This document shows positions 18,407 through 28,472 of a stretch of DNA of 62,559 nt, piece after piece (the stretch's first letter is position 1; the number at the start of each line of letters is the position of its first letter). Made by a program: the position numbers and the translations under genes. The DNA is from a virus (taxonomy: Duplodnaviria > Caudoviricetes): the IMG/VR virus record IMGVR_UViG_3300020045_018361, positions 1-62,559 of that record; one strand, 5' to 3'. Under the pieces are notes generated by a model. That model worked only from the letters and a program-made list of their open reading frames with translations, did not search any database and was not told the origin of the DNA.

Positions 18407-21183
18407 TCTTCAGTCTCCTTGTTTCGAGCCGCCTGATCACGGTTCCATTGGTTCATCCGAGCAATTTCGAGGCGGACTGCATTGTCACGGGCGTTAAGCT
18501 CATTAGTCTGAGTCAATTTCTCTTGTTCAAGAGCTATTTGACCTTGAGTCGTTTGTCCTTCAAGGGTCGCCTCTAGCTGAGTTTGTTGGCGCTCTGCTTC
18601 AGACTGTTGAGCCTGAAGAATGGATTCAAACGCCAGTTGACGATTAGACAAATCAGTCTTTGCGGCATCACGCGCAGCATTCTGGAAGAGCTGCGAATGT
18701 TCAAGGCTGGCTGCTTGACGAAGTTCATCTTCCTTGATTTTATTCTGGTGTACCTTGATTTGGGTGTCTGCCGCAAGTTGCTGCTGATTTGCTTGAGATT
18801 CAACTTGAACCGTCTGCAGTTTAACTTGAGCTTCTTGTTGTCTCCATTGATTCTCGGCCTGCAAACGAGCTTGACCAAGTTGCATTTCAAGTTGATTACG
18901 CTGCATCGCAACCGCAACTTGCGGACCACCCTGCATCTGCGCCATCATTTGCATCTGGGATTGTTGGAGCTGTTGAACAATTTGAGACGCCTGTTGTATG
19001 ACAACGGGCACATTGCCCAGTTCTGATCTAGCTTTTTGCAAGACAATCGGTTGAGCTGTTGCAAGCATCTTATCAAAACGCCGCAAGAGATGCGGGCTCT
19101 TGGTATCGATCAAGCGCTCGGCCGGACGGCCGGCTGACTCCGTAACAATATCGTAAGTTTCTGAAACATACCACAAAGCTAAGTGCTCTAGAAGATGCTT
19201 CAACATAGGAGGCATCAGCGTTGGTTGAATCGCTTGATTTGACCCAAATATCGGATCTTGCATGAAGGCGAGATGCGTGCTCAAATGAGCAAGATGATCT
19301 TGGTCGGGAAAAGCAGCTACTGGGCGTGAGATAACCATCATCATGTTCTCGTTGACGGCATTTTGGAATTCAGCTTGCTGTGGCTTGTTAAGCAGGGCTT
19401 CGTAGTTTGGAACCTTGAGAGTCTTGAGGGTATATTCCTCAACTTTGCGGTAGTCGTAGATACCGGCGGTGAGCGGGTTGGCTGAAGCCAGTTGAGCGCG
19501 CTGCGCCACGGCTTGAACCTGGGCAAAACGCTGCTGCTCGCTAAAGATAGCCGGATCAGACACGGGGGCTACGTCGAGAGGGCCTTCATAATCAGCTCGA
19601 CGAGCTAGCCGTTCGCCGGTCTCGAGCACTAGATCTTTTTCATCAAGATAAAGTTTGTTGAGACGATGAACAGTTTCAAGGAGCATTTCCATGGCGCGAT
19701 GATTGCGTCCGTGGATAGCCTTAAATACCTTCATCCCCTGTTCGACACGCGAGAGCTGTGTGCCAACAGGAGTGTTCGCTCCGCTGTCAACAGCCGAGTC
19801 GTCCAGCGTGATACGAACCATTTGCTCTGCTTGTTCGCTCAAGAAACCAAGGAGCTGAAACAAGGCGGGAGAAGGTTGGTTGAAGGGGATAGCCATAGCC
19901 AATTTCCGAATGTCATCGACATCCGGCGCGCCCTCAATCTTATTCACCTCGGTAAGCTGGATATTGTGGTTCTGGCCGCTCACATTGGCCCCCTCCAGGG
20001 CCAACAATGTCGGGGTAGTATTTACCAGGGCCGAGTCCAAAAGGGCTCGCAAAGCCCCTGTGGCCGCCGTATCGAGGGAGGATAGGACCGCGTAGAGACT
20101 CAAATCGTAAGCATCGCGCCAAGCAAGGAACGGAAATTTGATGAGCCAGTTGATGCGGCGGAACTTGCCATCGTCTTCATCCCAATTGCGATAGATGCAA
20201 CGCACATGACGAGTTGTGTGATCAATCTCCATCAAATACGGGCGAACGCCCTCGCCCGTAAGATCGTCAACGACGCTGAACCAGAGAGTGAGCTGAAGGT
20301 CATCTGGATTTGTGGAGGGTTCGCTACGGCCTGTCGTGCGGTTGATGGCCTGCTCGCTCTCAGTCTCTTCCGGCATAACTGTTGAGAGAAGATCCCCGGT
20401 GTCTAGATAATCCCCGTTGCGAATTTTTGCTTCAACATCGGCCCGAGTGTATGACATCTCAACACAGATACGCCGGGCTCCGTAAAACCAGGTCGTCTCG
20501 TATGGAACGAATACTTTCTCCGTCGGGATAAACTGGAAACAAGGCCTTTGCTCGAGACCGCTCCACCAAACCATCATGAATTGCGAGCCCCCAGCTGGAA
20601 CCTGGGACTGCATTTTCTCGAACTCGTCGAAGAATTCAGGGGCCTGTTTTGTGAGTTGCCAGTTCATGTGGCGAGCTTTGCGCTCTGCCTTTTCGAGTTT
20701 GTCTCCAGTTACTTCGCCGACGATGTGCGTGCGCACAGGGCCGTCCGGTGGAAGCAGCTCAGTCGTGATCTGGCTAGAGTACTGAATGGCCGCTTTCAAG
20801 AATCCCGGGTGAGAGACAATAGATCCGCCTTCAAGCCCATCACCCTCGCTTGCTGAGCCACGCTCGTTGCCCTGCAAGCCCATAGCCTCGATGGCGTTAC
20901 GCTGGCGTTTGTCGCGTTTGCTGCGTGTATCTTTATCGACTTCGTATAGATTGAAGTAACGCGTGCCGAGGGCTGTTAGCTCAGACGAGCTGAGTTTCTC
21001 GGCGAGGTTGTCGTAGAAACTGCCAAGTTCAGGAGAATCTTCGGCTTTAGACAATTCATCGCGGAGCTCTCGCTCCATCTCATCAATTTCCTCAGCCGAG
21101 GTTGCCGTATCCATCCCTTGATTTGGCTTGGCCGGGGTGTCGTCTTCTTCGTCAAGGGGGTCGATTTTGATTTGATCGCTCAT
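18403..21183 (-). CDS. Portal protein
   Basis: 926 aa; ELLPPDGPVRT...KAERKARHMNWQLT, ALRALLDSA, PVSDPAIFSEQQR, QDHLAHL; Gln-rich C-terminal coiled coil. Confidence 0.88.
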   Translation of the reverse strand: MSDQIKIDPLDEEDDTPAKPNQGMDTATSAEEIDEMERELRDELSKAEDSPELGSFYDNLAEKLSSSELTALGTRYFNLYEVDKDTRSKRDKRQRNAIEAMGLQGNERGSASEGDGLEGGSIVSHPGFLKAAIQYSSQITTELLPPDGPVRTHIVGEVTGDKLEKAERKARHMNWQLTKQAPEFFDEFEKMQSQVPAGGSQFMMVWWSGLEQRPCFQFIPTEKVFVPYETTWFYGARRICVEMSYTRADVEAKIRNGDYLDTGDLLSTVMPEETESEQAINRTTGRSEPSTNPDDLQLTLWFSVVDDLTGEGVRPYLMEIDHTTRHVRCIYRNWDEDDGKFRRINWLIKFPFLAWRDAYDLSLYAVLSSLDTAATGALRALLDSALVNTTPTLLALEGANVSGQNHNIQLTEVNKIEGAPDVDDIRKLAMAIPFNQPSPALFQLLGFLSEQAEQMVRITLDDSAVDSGANTPVGTQLSRVEQGMKVFKAIHGRNHRAMEMLLETVHRLNKLYLDEKDLVLETGERLARRADYEGPLDVAPVSDPAIFSEQQRFAQVQAVAQRAQLASANPLTAGIYDYRKVEEYTLKTLKVPNYEALLNKPQQAEFQNAVNENMMMVISRPVAAFPDQDHLAHLSTHLAFMQDPIFGSNQAIQPTLMPPMLKHLLEHLALWYVSETYDIVTESAGRPAERLIDTKSPHLLRRFDKMLATAQPIVLQKARSELGNVPVVIQQASQIVQQLQQSQMQMMAQMQGGPQVAVAMQRNQLEMQLGQARLQAENQWRQQEAQVKLQTVQVESQANQQQLAADTQIKVHQNKIKEDELRQAASLEHSQLFQNAARDAAKTDLSNRQLAFESILQAQQSEAERQQTQLEATLEGQTTQGQIALEQEKLTQTNELNARDNAVRLEIARMNQWNRDQAARNKETEE

Positions 21184-21686
21184 TGATACGACCTCAACAA
21201 ATCCCAGAGATTGCCCGAGATGTGGGGCTCAGCACGAATACCGCGGGGTTCGGGGTCTAGGCCGAAAAGAGTACCAAAATCTAGGCCGTCTCCCCTTTGT
21301 GTGGCCGAATCAAAAGTCTTCTGCCCAGGGCCATAATAGCCGTAATTTTTGGCCGGACCAAAGACACTCTCGTTGGAAGAATTATATGCTCTACGCAAGG
21401 CGCCTAGGCCTCCGGCGATACGACCTAGGGTCGCGGGGAACATGCTTGGGGAAGCAGCCCCGACCATGGTTGGTAATGCTTGCCCGAGATAGAAGTCTAC
21501 ATCAGAGCGTCTTACTTCAGGGCCGCCGGACCAAAGCTCGCGCCTTGGGTCGTATGAGTCACGCGCTCTTTGCTCGCGCTGTTGAAGCATTGCCAACAAA
21601 CGCGCGTGATTACCCGGCTGACGAAGCACGGCTTCCCAGTTAAAATCGTCGACGTCCTGCGGATTGGGTTCAAACTCCATCGTCAT
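21180..21686 (-). CDS. Hypothetical protein
   Basis: 168-aa ORF overlapping the portal start by 4 nt. Confidence 0.6.
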   Translation of the reverse strand: MTMEFEPNPQDVDDFNWEAVLRQPGNHARLLAMLQQREQRARDSYDPRRELWSGGPEVRRSDVDFYLGQALPTMVGAASPSMFPATLGRIAGGLGALRRAYNSSNESVFGPAKNYGYYGPGQKTFDSATQRGDGLDFGTLFGLDPEPRGIRAEPHISGNLWDLLRSYQ

Positions 21687-21715
21687 ACACTAAACATCTT
21701 GCGGGTTCACGTAAA
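21687..21715 (-). promoter_or_regulatory. Putative promoter TTTACG-N17-TAGTGT upstream of the portal region
   Basis: Matches the phage TTTACN-N17-TA pattern; predicted start falls at the ATG at 21680. Confidence 0.4.
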
Positions 21716-23389
21716 CTGCAAAACAAAATCTTCAAGAGTGACGGGCTTGTCTTCGGCTTGGACATGACCACCTTCGGCATAGAGAGGGACCCCGCGGCCT
21801 TCATTTTCATCGCGAAGACGTTTATAGATATCCCGCATGTTGGGGGAGATGCGCATGCCGGGGACGTCGGCACCGAGTTCTGCCGGCGATTGATGTCGGT
21901 CAGGAAATACAATTTCTCGACCAGACGGATCTCTATCTGTCCACCCGGCCCCCTCCAATCGAGTCGTCGTCAGCCCAGACTTCGGGTCCTCTCCATAGGC
22001 GCGTAGGAAACGCTTGGCCGCGTCTTCTACTGTTCCGTTGGGGCCATACATGTTGTGGTACATGAGGGAGTCGGGAGAAGTCCAATAGACGCCTTGGTCT
22101 ATGGGCATTTCGCGTAACGTGGAATCGCGCAGAAAATCTTGTAATTGTTTGATTTGCGGACCCCGATAATTTTTTATGAAATCTTCGAACGTCATGCCAC
22201 CAAAAAACCGGTCTCCGTGTTCATTCAGAGCATAAGGTGTATCTCCATGCCGAACAGCGGTTCCTGGATTTTTAGCGAAATCCACTATCCCGGGTTCCTT
22301 CCTCCGATACAATCTATCGTGCACCCAAGGCGGAGACCAGGTCACTAAGTCATCACCCCCCTCAAGAGCCTCACGGGCTACTTGGTTGAACGCTAAGCGG
22401 GGCCAGAGCTTTTCGAAGGGGCCGGGGGGACGGCCTATATCATAGTTAGGAATTGAAGCGCGCTCACGTACCAATGCTAATCGATAATTATAGTCTTCGA
22501 GGCTCATCCCCCTATGCAGAGGGCGGCGCGCCAGCTCTTGTTCTATTTCAGTCAAGCGAGCACGTTGACCGACCGGAACCGTGGGCATCGAATAAAAATC
22601 TGATTGCAATTCGTCAATGTGGGTGGAACGGAGACCAGGAGCACCTTGAACAATCCGGGGGAGGCCGGCTTGAAGCCCTGAAACAAGATCTCGATTGCTG
22701 TCTGGGTGGTTTATAACCTGACGCGCCAAACGATAAAGATCCTCGGCATCGCGCTCGGGGAGCGCCGCCATATTCCCCTCAAAAGTTGTCCATCCCGGGG
22801 CGCGTATCCTAGACAAACCTCCAGCTAATGCCGAAATATAGTCAAAAGGTTCGTCGCTTTCTCCAGTTATGTCGTCCAGAACGCCAGCCGTGCGTCCTAT
22901 CCCGTTCCCTGTTCGCTGACTCAACCTTGCATGCACAGGAGAATCCGCAAAATGATATTGATAGTCTCCGCTATCTGTCAGACCATCTGCGCCTTCCATT
23001 CCGCGCACCCGGTAGTTTGCGCGAGGCCCAGGAAGAGTGAAACTCTCGTGGCCTTTGCCCCGGGACGACCATTCTAGAGCGTTGACCGCGGGCCTTCTCC
23101 CGGCGCTCTCAGGCGAGCTCAAATACTGAACCATCTCATCGCGAGACGGAAGAGAGTTCTCCTTCGACCACTCTCTCAAATCTCGCGTAAGCGTGTCTCC
23201 TTGAAGAAGTCTCCACTCCTCTGGGTGAACAGTCATATTCACCCCGCCAACGTTCACCCGACGCTGAGAACCAGTCGTCGGATCGAGCAGTTGAGTCATA
23301 TCCTCGGCCGTCACCGGACGGCGCTTGGGGAGAACGGCTTTCGCTAGCTCGAGAAGAGGAGAAAGGGACTTGTCGTAAAGACCGGGCAT
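21707..23389 (-). CDS. Putative packaged cargo protein with a polyvalent-protein-like domain and C-terminal YAEGGHV
   Basis: HIDELQSDF...GPFEKLW..LAF....REALEGGDD.VTW pattern recalled from large phage polyvalent proteins. Confidence 0.55.
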   Translation of the reverse strand: MPGLYDKSLSPLLELAKAVLPKRRPVTAEDMTQLLDPTTGSQRRVNVGGVNMTVHPEEWRLLQGDTLTRDLREWSKENSLPSRDEMVQYLSSPESAGRRPAVNALEWSSRGKGHESFTLPGPRANYRVRGMEGADGLTDSGDYQYHFADSPVHARLSQRTGNGIGRTAGVLDDITGESDEPFDYISALAGGLSRIRAPGWTTFEGNMAALPERDAEDLYRLARQVINHPDSNRDLVSGLQAGLPRIVQGAPGLRSTHIDELQSDFYSMPTVPVGQRARLTEIEQELARRPLHRGMSLEDYNYRLALVRERASIPNYDIGRPPGPFEKLWPRLAFNQVAREALEGGDDLVTWSPPWVHDRLYRRKEPGIVDFAKNPGTAVRHGDTPYALNEHGDRFFGGMTFEDFIKNYRGPQIKQLQDFLRDSTLREMPIDQGVYWTSPDSLMYHNMYGPNGTVEDAAKRFLRAYGEDPKSGLTTTRLEGAGWTDRDPSGREIVFPDRHQSPAELGADVPGMRISPNMRDIYKRLRDENEGRGVPLYAEGGHVQAEDKPVTLEDFVLQFT

Positions 23390-23391
23390 GA

Positions 23392-24402
23392 CTATGGTTC
23401 CCTCAGTTGTTCAACAAGAATATCCCGTGGATTATATCGCCGAAAGTAGTCTTCAACCAAGCCGCCCTCAGAATATCCTTCGGGCGTCTCAGCTCGCTGG
23501 AGTTGTTCCAGCACACCAGTCCCACCGGCCGCAGCCGGCACGGCAAACCCGCTGCGGCGAAGTTGTTCAAGAATTTTAGAGTGCATGTCTAGCATATTTT
23601 TTGTCGTCGGTTCATCGGGCCATGTTTGAATGTCAGACAGGCGCAACAAAGGAAGTAGTTCGTTTGACAAATGATTGGTATCAAGACGTAATTTGCCTCG
23701 GTCAACGAGGTCCAGCGTTCGCAAATCTCCCATTGCGCGAGCCATACGCGGGTCTAACGCGGATCTTTCCCGGGCATATTCAGAGTGAACGGGAAGTCCG
23801 AGATGCTCCATAATTGGGGAGGATACTCTGGAGTGTCCGATGGGAAAACGTATCGCGCTGGAATAAAGATTTTGCAAATCACGTCCGCGGTCGCTGCGCG
23901 GAAGATCTAGATTAGTTAGCATAGAGGCCAAAGTCATTCCCCCGCGCCGCGTTGGAGACCCGACAATACCCATCATGCTGTCTGGCTGATTTTGGCTCAA
24001 GACTCCAAGATCCCCAGCTCCGCCCAAAAAGCCAGAAAGTCCTGGACGACTCGGTAAAGCCCCTCCCTCAGGGTGGTTATGAAAAGAAACGACCGGCATA
24101 CTACTTTGTGTATCTTCCCAAAAACTACTTTGGGGGCGCACAGAAAACTCGTCTCCAGAAATACTCTCTACTCGTGGGTCGTATGGATAACTTTCTTGGG
24201 GTAACCGGCGCAAAGGCCGGTAGGTGAAGTGCTCCACTTCGGGGGCGGTTTCTGCCACGTAGCGCGAAAAATCACTCGCCATTTGCCGAACAGCTTCCGG
24301 GTTCTCACGAACCACACGCTGCGGATTTGCTCGCGCAGCATCAGCGATCACTTGCATGGGATCGCGGACAAGATTCAGGAGACGAGAGAGTTGGCCGGCC
24401 AT
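23392..24402 (-). CDS. JAB/RadC-like metal-motif protein with C-terminal YSEGGLV
   Basis: SFHNHPEGGALPS...GDL. Confidence 0.55.
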   Translation of the reverse strand: MAGQLSRLLNLVRDPMQVIADAARANPQRVVRENPEAVRQMASDFSRYVAETAPEVEHFTYRPLRRLPQESYPYDPRVESISGDEFSVRPQSSFWEDTQSSMPVVSFHNHPEGGALPSRPGLSGFLGGAGDLGVLSQNQPDSMMGIVGSPTRRGGMTLASMLTNLDLPRSDRGRDLQNLYSSAIRFPIGHSRVSSPIMEHLGLPVHSEYARERSALDPRMARAMGDLRTLDLVDRGKLRLDTNHLSNELLPLLRLSDIQTWPDEPTTKNMLDMHSKILEQLRRSGFAVPAAAGGTGVLEQLQRAETPEGYSEGGLVEDYFRRYNPRDILVEQLREP

Positions 24403-24461
24403 CGAGGTCTACCCTTCCAATAGCTGCAAGAATAGATGTAATAGAATCAGAACATCTACCA

Positions 24462-25118
24462 TTACCCAATTCCTCTTGATACTCCGCGCAAAATACGCGT
24501 CAGATTGTCGTCTTGGGCATACGCATTCCAGAGACTTTCAACGGGGTCTACAAGGTCCTCTGGATCTGGGTAATAAGGAACACGGGTTTCGGTCGAAGAA
24601 CCGCCGCTGTGACCGGCTTCTAGACCAGAGGACACGGGCAATTCGTCGCCAAAACGTCCAGTCTGGGCAAATTGCCTAAAACGTTGACGCACAACCGCGT
24701 CCGCGGCCGCTCCGCGACCGGTTGAAAATGTCCCATAGCGCGCCAATGCTTGCTCCCAGTTTCCATGTTTTGAGGCCAGACTTGCGAGATAGCGCGCGGC
24801 GCCAGGAATAGCTGACTCTGGGTCGAAGGGATCAACCCCGTATTGTTTGGCCGTTGCCGGCATAAACTGCGCCATTCCTTGAGCCCGACCAGACGAGGTG
24901 TTGATGCCCACAGCTCTCGGGTTAAAGCCACTCTCCTGCTTCAACAGCCAAGCAAGATAGGCCGGGGGGACACTGTGGGCTTGCGCAGCCTTGATCACGA
25001 GTGGGGCATACTGCTCAGGCACCCGAATACCCCCGAACGGGTCTGCGTTGCCATTTCGGACAACCGCGGGCGGATCGCCGTGGCGAAGGGATAGGTGCAG
25101 ATCTGACGAGTCAGTCAT
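24462..25118 (-). CDS. Lytic transglycosylase (SLT domain)
   Basis: QESGFNPRAV, AQGMAQFMPATA, DPFDPESAIPGAARYL, ALARY. Confidence 0.9.
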   Translation of the reverse strand: MTDSSDLHLSLRHGDPPAVVRNGNADPFGGIRVPEQYAPLVIKAAQAHSVPPAYLAWLLKQESGFNPRAVGINTSSGRAQGMAQFMPATAKQYGVDPFDPESAIPGAARYLASLASKHGNWEQALARYGTFSTGRGAAADAVVRQRFRQFAQTGRFGDELPVSSGLEAGHSGGSSTETRVPYYPDPEDLVDPVESLWNAYAQDDNLTRILRGVSRGIG

Positions 25119-25504
25119 GAGTGAGTGCACAAAGTAGGAAACTCAAACGGCCCCACATTCGGAATCAAATCATTGAGACAACCCCAAGTCAATGGGTGTC
25201 CCGCCTTAAGCACCGGACGACGCGCCAGAGTTGACTTATTTATATCTTTCTGGACGTCGGTATTTTTGGCGAACATTTTTTGATGCGAACTAGTTTTCGG
25301 ATTAAACCACATTGTCATCCCATTACGGCGATGAAGATTAAGTACCTTGTAACGAACTTCGCTATTAGTTAGCTTCAAGCGGTGTGCTATATCCTCATAA
25401 CTGAGATGTTCTTCGTTACGAAGTTTTATCACTTGATCGACCCGGTCTTGAGTCCACTTCGTTTGAAACAAAGAGCGGCGGCTAAATTTTGCGGGTTGAG
25501 TCAT
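25115..25504 (-). CDS. GcrA-like N-terminal HTH protein
   Basis: WTQDRVDQVIKL...LSYEDIAHRL..TNSEVRYKV resembles the GcrA N-terminal domain. Confidence 0.55.
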   Translation of the reverse strand: MTQPAKFSRRSLFQTKWTQDRVDQVIKLRNEEHLSYEDIAHRLKLTNSEVRYKVLNLHRRNGMTMWFNPKTSSHQKMFAKNTDVQKDINKSTLARRPVLKAGHPLTWGCLNDLIPNVGPFEFPTLCTHS

Positions 25505-25509
25505 TTTGG

Positions 25510-26961
25510 TTAACCTCCAGCGTACTTGTTCCCCGGACGAATCACCTTGATCCGTTCAGTTTTGGTCTTCTCCTCCTCGGACACAACATCCGCCCAATCC
25601 ACCTGCAGCAGGCGCCGATCACGCAATAGAGCAAGAGCCTGGGTAAACGCGTCCACGTAATCATCATGCTCTGTTGTTCCTTCTCCATGGAACACGCACA
25701 CTTGATCTAGAAACGGCTGAACCCAATCACGTGGTCTACCACGATGAACCGCGGACTCAGGGAGGTATATTAAACCGTGGCGGACAAGATGTGAAACAGC
25801 ATGTAGTCGGGCCAGTTTATCCGTGGTGGGCTGGTAAGTTTGAACGCGAAGATCATTTTTACGCATGACCTGTTGAAGGCTCTTGCCGGAACCCGCGTCT
25901 TCAATGAGAATAATGTCCGCCGGCCGAGGCTTTTCACCATATTCCATACGACCTTCTTCCCGAGCTCGTTCCAAAAGCTCGGTGAAATCCAACCAATCAT
26001 GCCAACAATCGAGAAGAATGGCTTTTCGAGGCGCAGTCAAACTATCTTTCCAAACACCCAATACAACACAGGCCGTTGGATCAGGTTCCTTAGTGCGTTT
26101 ATCCGTCGGAGAAGGAGACATCGCTCGCTTCGTGAAAGCAGTATCGAGGCTCATGATCACGTATTCAAAACGCGGCAGCTTTTGCTCTGCGGGCCAGAGC
26201 GGGAACCAACTACGCTGAAGAATACCAGATTCTTCCGGGTCAAGCAGCTCTCCATAAATCTCCTGGCGGCCAAGTCTGGTGCCCTCGTACTGAAGAACTT
26301 GCTGCTTAAAGTTATCGCTCAAATTGTCGATATTTTCGTAGGTAGAGCCACGAATAACTCGAACATCGCGCCTCATGATTAAATTACGCACGAGCGGGAT
26401 AGGCTTCGGAGTAGTGGTCAATACAGCTCGGGCCCTACGGCCGAGACGTAGACCAAAGATGGACATATCGAACGCCCTTTGCGCGTTACCGGCAGGCTGA
26501 TCCCAGGCGGCCACTTCGTCACCCCAGAGTCTATGACATTGGGGACCGCGCAAGCGCTCGGGATTCTCGGCGGAATATCCGAGGATTTTGCTGCCATTAG
26601 TCAGGATGATTGTTGCGGGAGACTTTGTCGAGTGCCGAATAAGTTCGGCCGGGATAATGGACAAGAGGCCTGACTCTCCCTCGAAACAAACCCTCTCAAC
26701 GTCGTTATGCGTTGGAGCAACAACATGTGTTATTGTTTCCGGGTTATTCCAAGCCCAATTGAAGGTGTCTTCCGCGGCAAGGCGAGTTTTTCCAAAACCG
26801 CGACCGGCGAGCAGAAGCCAGATATTCCAAGTTAGATCGTCTTCGTCGATGATCTGAGACGGGCGAGATTCATCAAGCCAATTGAGTCTATGACGAAGAG
26901 CAACAAGTTCATTGAAGGGGAGAGTGGCAAGATCTGCCCTGTTGCGGAGTTCATCCAGCAT
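25510..26961 (-). CDS. terL: Terminase large subunit
   Basis: AGRGFGKTR Walker A, LRGPQ...WGDE Walker B, TTTPKP, nuclease DTAF...IED...HDDYVDA. Confidence 0.95.
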   Translation of the reverse strand: MLDELRNRADLATLPFNELVALRHRLNWLDESRPSQIIDEDDLTWNIWLLLAGRGFGKTRLAAEDTFNWAWNNPETITHVVAPTHNDVERVCFEGESGLLSIIPAELIRHSTKSPATIILTNGSKILGYSAENPERLRGPQCHRLWGDEVAAWDQPAGNAQRAFDMSIFGLRLGRRARAVLTTTPKPIPLVRNLIMRRDVRVIRGSTYENIDNLSDNFKQQVLQYEGTRLGRQEIYGELLDPEESGILQRSWFPLWPAEQKLPRFEYVIMSLDTAFTKRAMSPSPTDKRTKEPDPTACVVLGVWKDSLTAPRKAILLDCWHDWLDFTELLERAREEGRMEYGEKPRPADIILIEDAGSGKSLQQVMRKNDLRVQTYQPTTDKLARLHAVSHLVRHGLIYLPESAVHRGRPRDWVQPFLDQVCVFHGEGTTEHDDYVDAFTQALALLRDRRLLQVDWADVVSEEEKTKTERIKVIRPGNKYAGG

Positions 26962-26966
26962 GCAAC

Positions 26967-27233
26967 TTATTTTTCCGGCGTCATCAGATCTACCAAATCA
27001 TCGATTGCCTCCTCCGCGGTCATCTTACCTTCGGCTACACGTTTCTTGTTACGAATAGCTCGACGCTTCAAGCTCCCCAAACCAGTCTCATACCCAGCCT
27101 GCCGCAGAGCGCTGGCACAGACAGATTTTTGCTCTGCGCGTGTCAGAGGCTTGGTCATACCACGACCGGCAATCTCTGCGACTTCGCTGTGGGTATATTC
27201 AGGCATCAGGAAGTCAACTCCTTTATCGCCCAC
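26967..27233 (-). CDS. Hypothetical protein
   Basis: 88-aa ORF in operon context. Confidence 0.55.
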   Translation of the reverse strand: MGDKGVDFLMPEYTHSEVAEIAGRGMTKPLTRAEQKSVCASALRQAGYETGLGSLKRRAIRNKKRVAEGKMTAEEAIDDLVDLMTPEK

Positions 27234-27447
27234 ATGACGGGCTCTTCCATTCTTTTGGCAGATAGTTATTCACGAACTCTTTCTCCGGGATCACATAGAA
27301 AAACTTCCCCGCCGAGCAATTAGCTGTCCGATAGGACGGGTCAGCTTTCATTCGCCACATCCTCGCTTCCGCCCGCTTACCGAGATGGAACATGAACAGA
27401 GCCACGCCCCACCCGGAAACAGCGAACACTTCAAACCAGAGCGGCAC
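27223..27447 (-). CDS. Small membrane-anchored hypothetical protein
   Basis: N-terminal hydrophobic helix. Confidence 0.5.
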   Translation of the reverse strand: MPLWFEVFAVSGWGVALFMFHLGKRAEARMWRMKADPSYRTANCSAGKFFYVIPEKEFVNNYLPKEWKSPSCGR

Positions 27448-27451
27448 GGGC

Positions 27452-27739
27452 TTAGCTCAGCGGCCCATTCGGCGCGCCCTTGACTGCGCAGCGCCGATCG
27501 CCCGTCGCATTCAGCTCCGGGTCAATATACTGTCCGGCACGGAGATGATTGCCGGGGATAAAGTTTGGTAGCACCCAAGCGGAGAAATCTCCTCGAAAGG
27601 CGTGGGCTATGGCACTTCCGGTGCAACCCATGGATTCCAGCGCCTTGGGAAAGCCGTAGGGCATAGGAGCGTATGTGTCCTGCGCGAGTGCCGGCGTGGC
27701 CAGCAGGAAGATGGTGGAAGCGAGAAGAAGATGTTTCAT
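27452..27739 (-). CDS. Small exported protein
   Basis: MKHLLLASTIFLLATPALA-Q signal peptide, two Cys; AAGGA RBS. Confidence 0.65.
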   Translation of the reverse strand: MKHLLLASTIFLLATPALAQDTYAPMPYGFPKALESMGCTGSAIAHAFRGDFSAWVLPNFIPGNHLRAGQYIDPELNATGDRRCAVKGAPNGPLS

Positions 27740-27758
27740 GCACGGTTTCCTTGATGGA

Positions 27759-27878
27759 TCAGATACGCCGTTTGCCAAAGCCCAGCCAGAACCGAAGATA
27801 GATTGCCAACGCTATACAACCCACTCCGACTGCCCCGCTGACCACCATCAACACGATGAGAAGGGGCTCCGGGATCAT
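27759..27878 (-). CDS. 39-aa single-TM peptide (absent from the ORF track)
   Basis: Manual translation MIPEPLLIVLMVVSGAVGVGCIALAIYLRFWLGFGKRRI; ATGA overlap. Confidence 0.5.
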   Translation of the reverse strand: MIPEPLLIVLMVVSGAVGVGCIALAIYLRFWLGFGKRRI

Positions 27879-28111
27879 GTGATGACTTCCTTCGCAGCTT
27901 CCGAGGCTAACCGCTGTAGCTCGTCTCCAGCCGCAGCGTGCGCGGCGTTCAGTCGCGTATATTCTTCCGGCGTCAAATCACGATTTTCGGCGAGAGCATC
28001 CTGCACTGTATCTATCGCGTCTCTGATTGCTGCCACAATGCCCGGTAGTTCCTTGAGTAGCGGGCCGACAGTCCCGAGGATTTGTACCAAAATCAGAACA
28101 AATGCGGGCAT
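27875..28111 (-). CDS. Hypothetical protein (lysis region)
   Basis: Hydrophobic N-terminus plus helical tail. Confidence 0.6.
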   Translation of the reverse strand: MPAFVLILVQILGTVGPLLKELPGIVAAIRDAIDTVQDALAENRDLTPEEYTRLNAAHAAAGDELQRLASEAAKEVIT

Positions 28112-28112
28112 T

Positions 28113-28469
28113 TCACTTTACTCCATGACTGGCGGCAGTTTCCTTGAATGCGTCCACCGCATCGGCCAGCGCTGTAAGCGCTGCCTCCTGTGCAGGTTTA
28201 GCCGCGGTGTCTTGACCTTGCGCGAACCGTAATGCCTCGTTCGCCGCCTTGTCCGCCTGTCCCAGCGTGATCACCGTGCGAGCCTCGGAGCACTTGGGAT
28301 GAACCGCCGGGTTACTCGGTCCGCAACGGGGCTGGCGGGCATACGCGGTTGCCAACCCCGCAGTGAGTGCATATTCAGCACCCGAGGCTACGACCCGTTG
28401 CCGATATGTCTCCGACACAGGATTGCATGCCGCAATGGCCAAAACAGAACAGAGAAGAAAGGCTTTCAT
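28113..28469 (-). CDS. Lipoprotein (possible spanin component)
   Basis: MKAFLLCSVLAIAA-C lipobox. Confidence 0.65.
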   Translation of the reverse strand: MKAFLLCSVLAIAACNPVSETYRQRVVASGAEYALTAGLATAYARQPRCGPSNPAVHPKCSEARTVITLGQADKAANEALRFAQGQDTAAKPAQEAALTALADAVDAFKETAASHGVK

Positions 28470-28472
28470 TAT

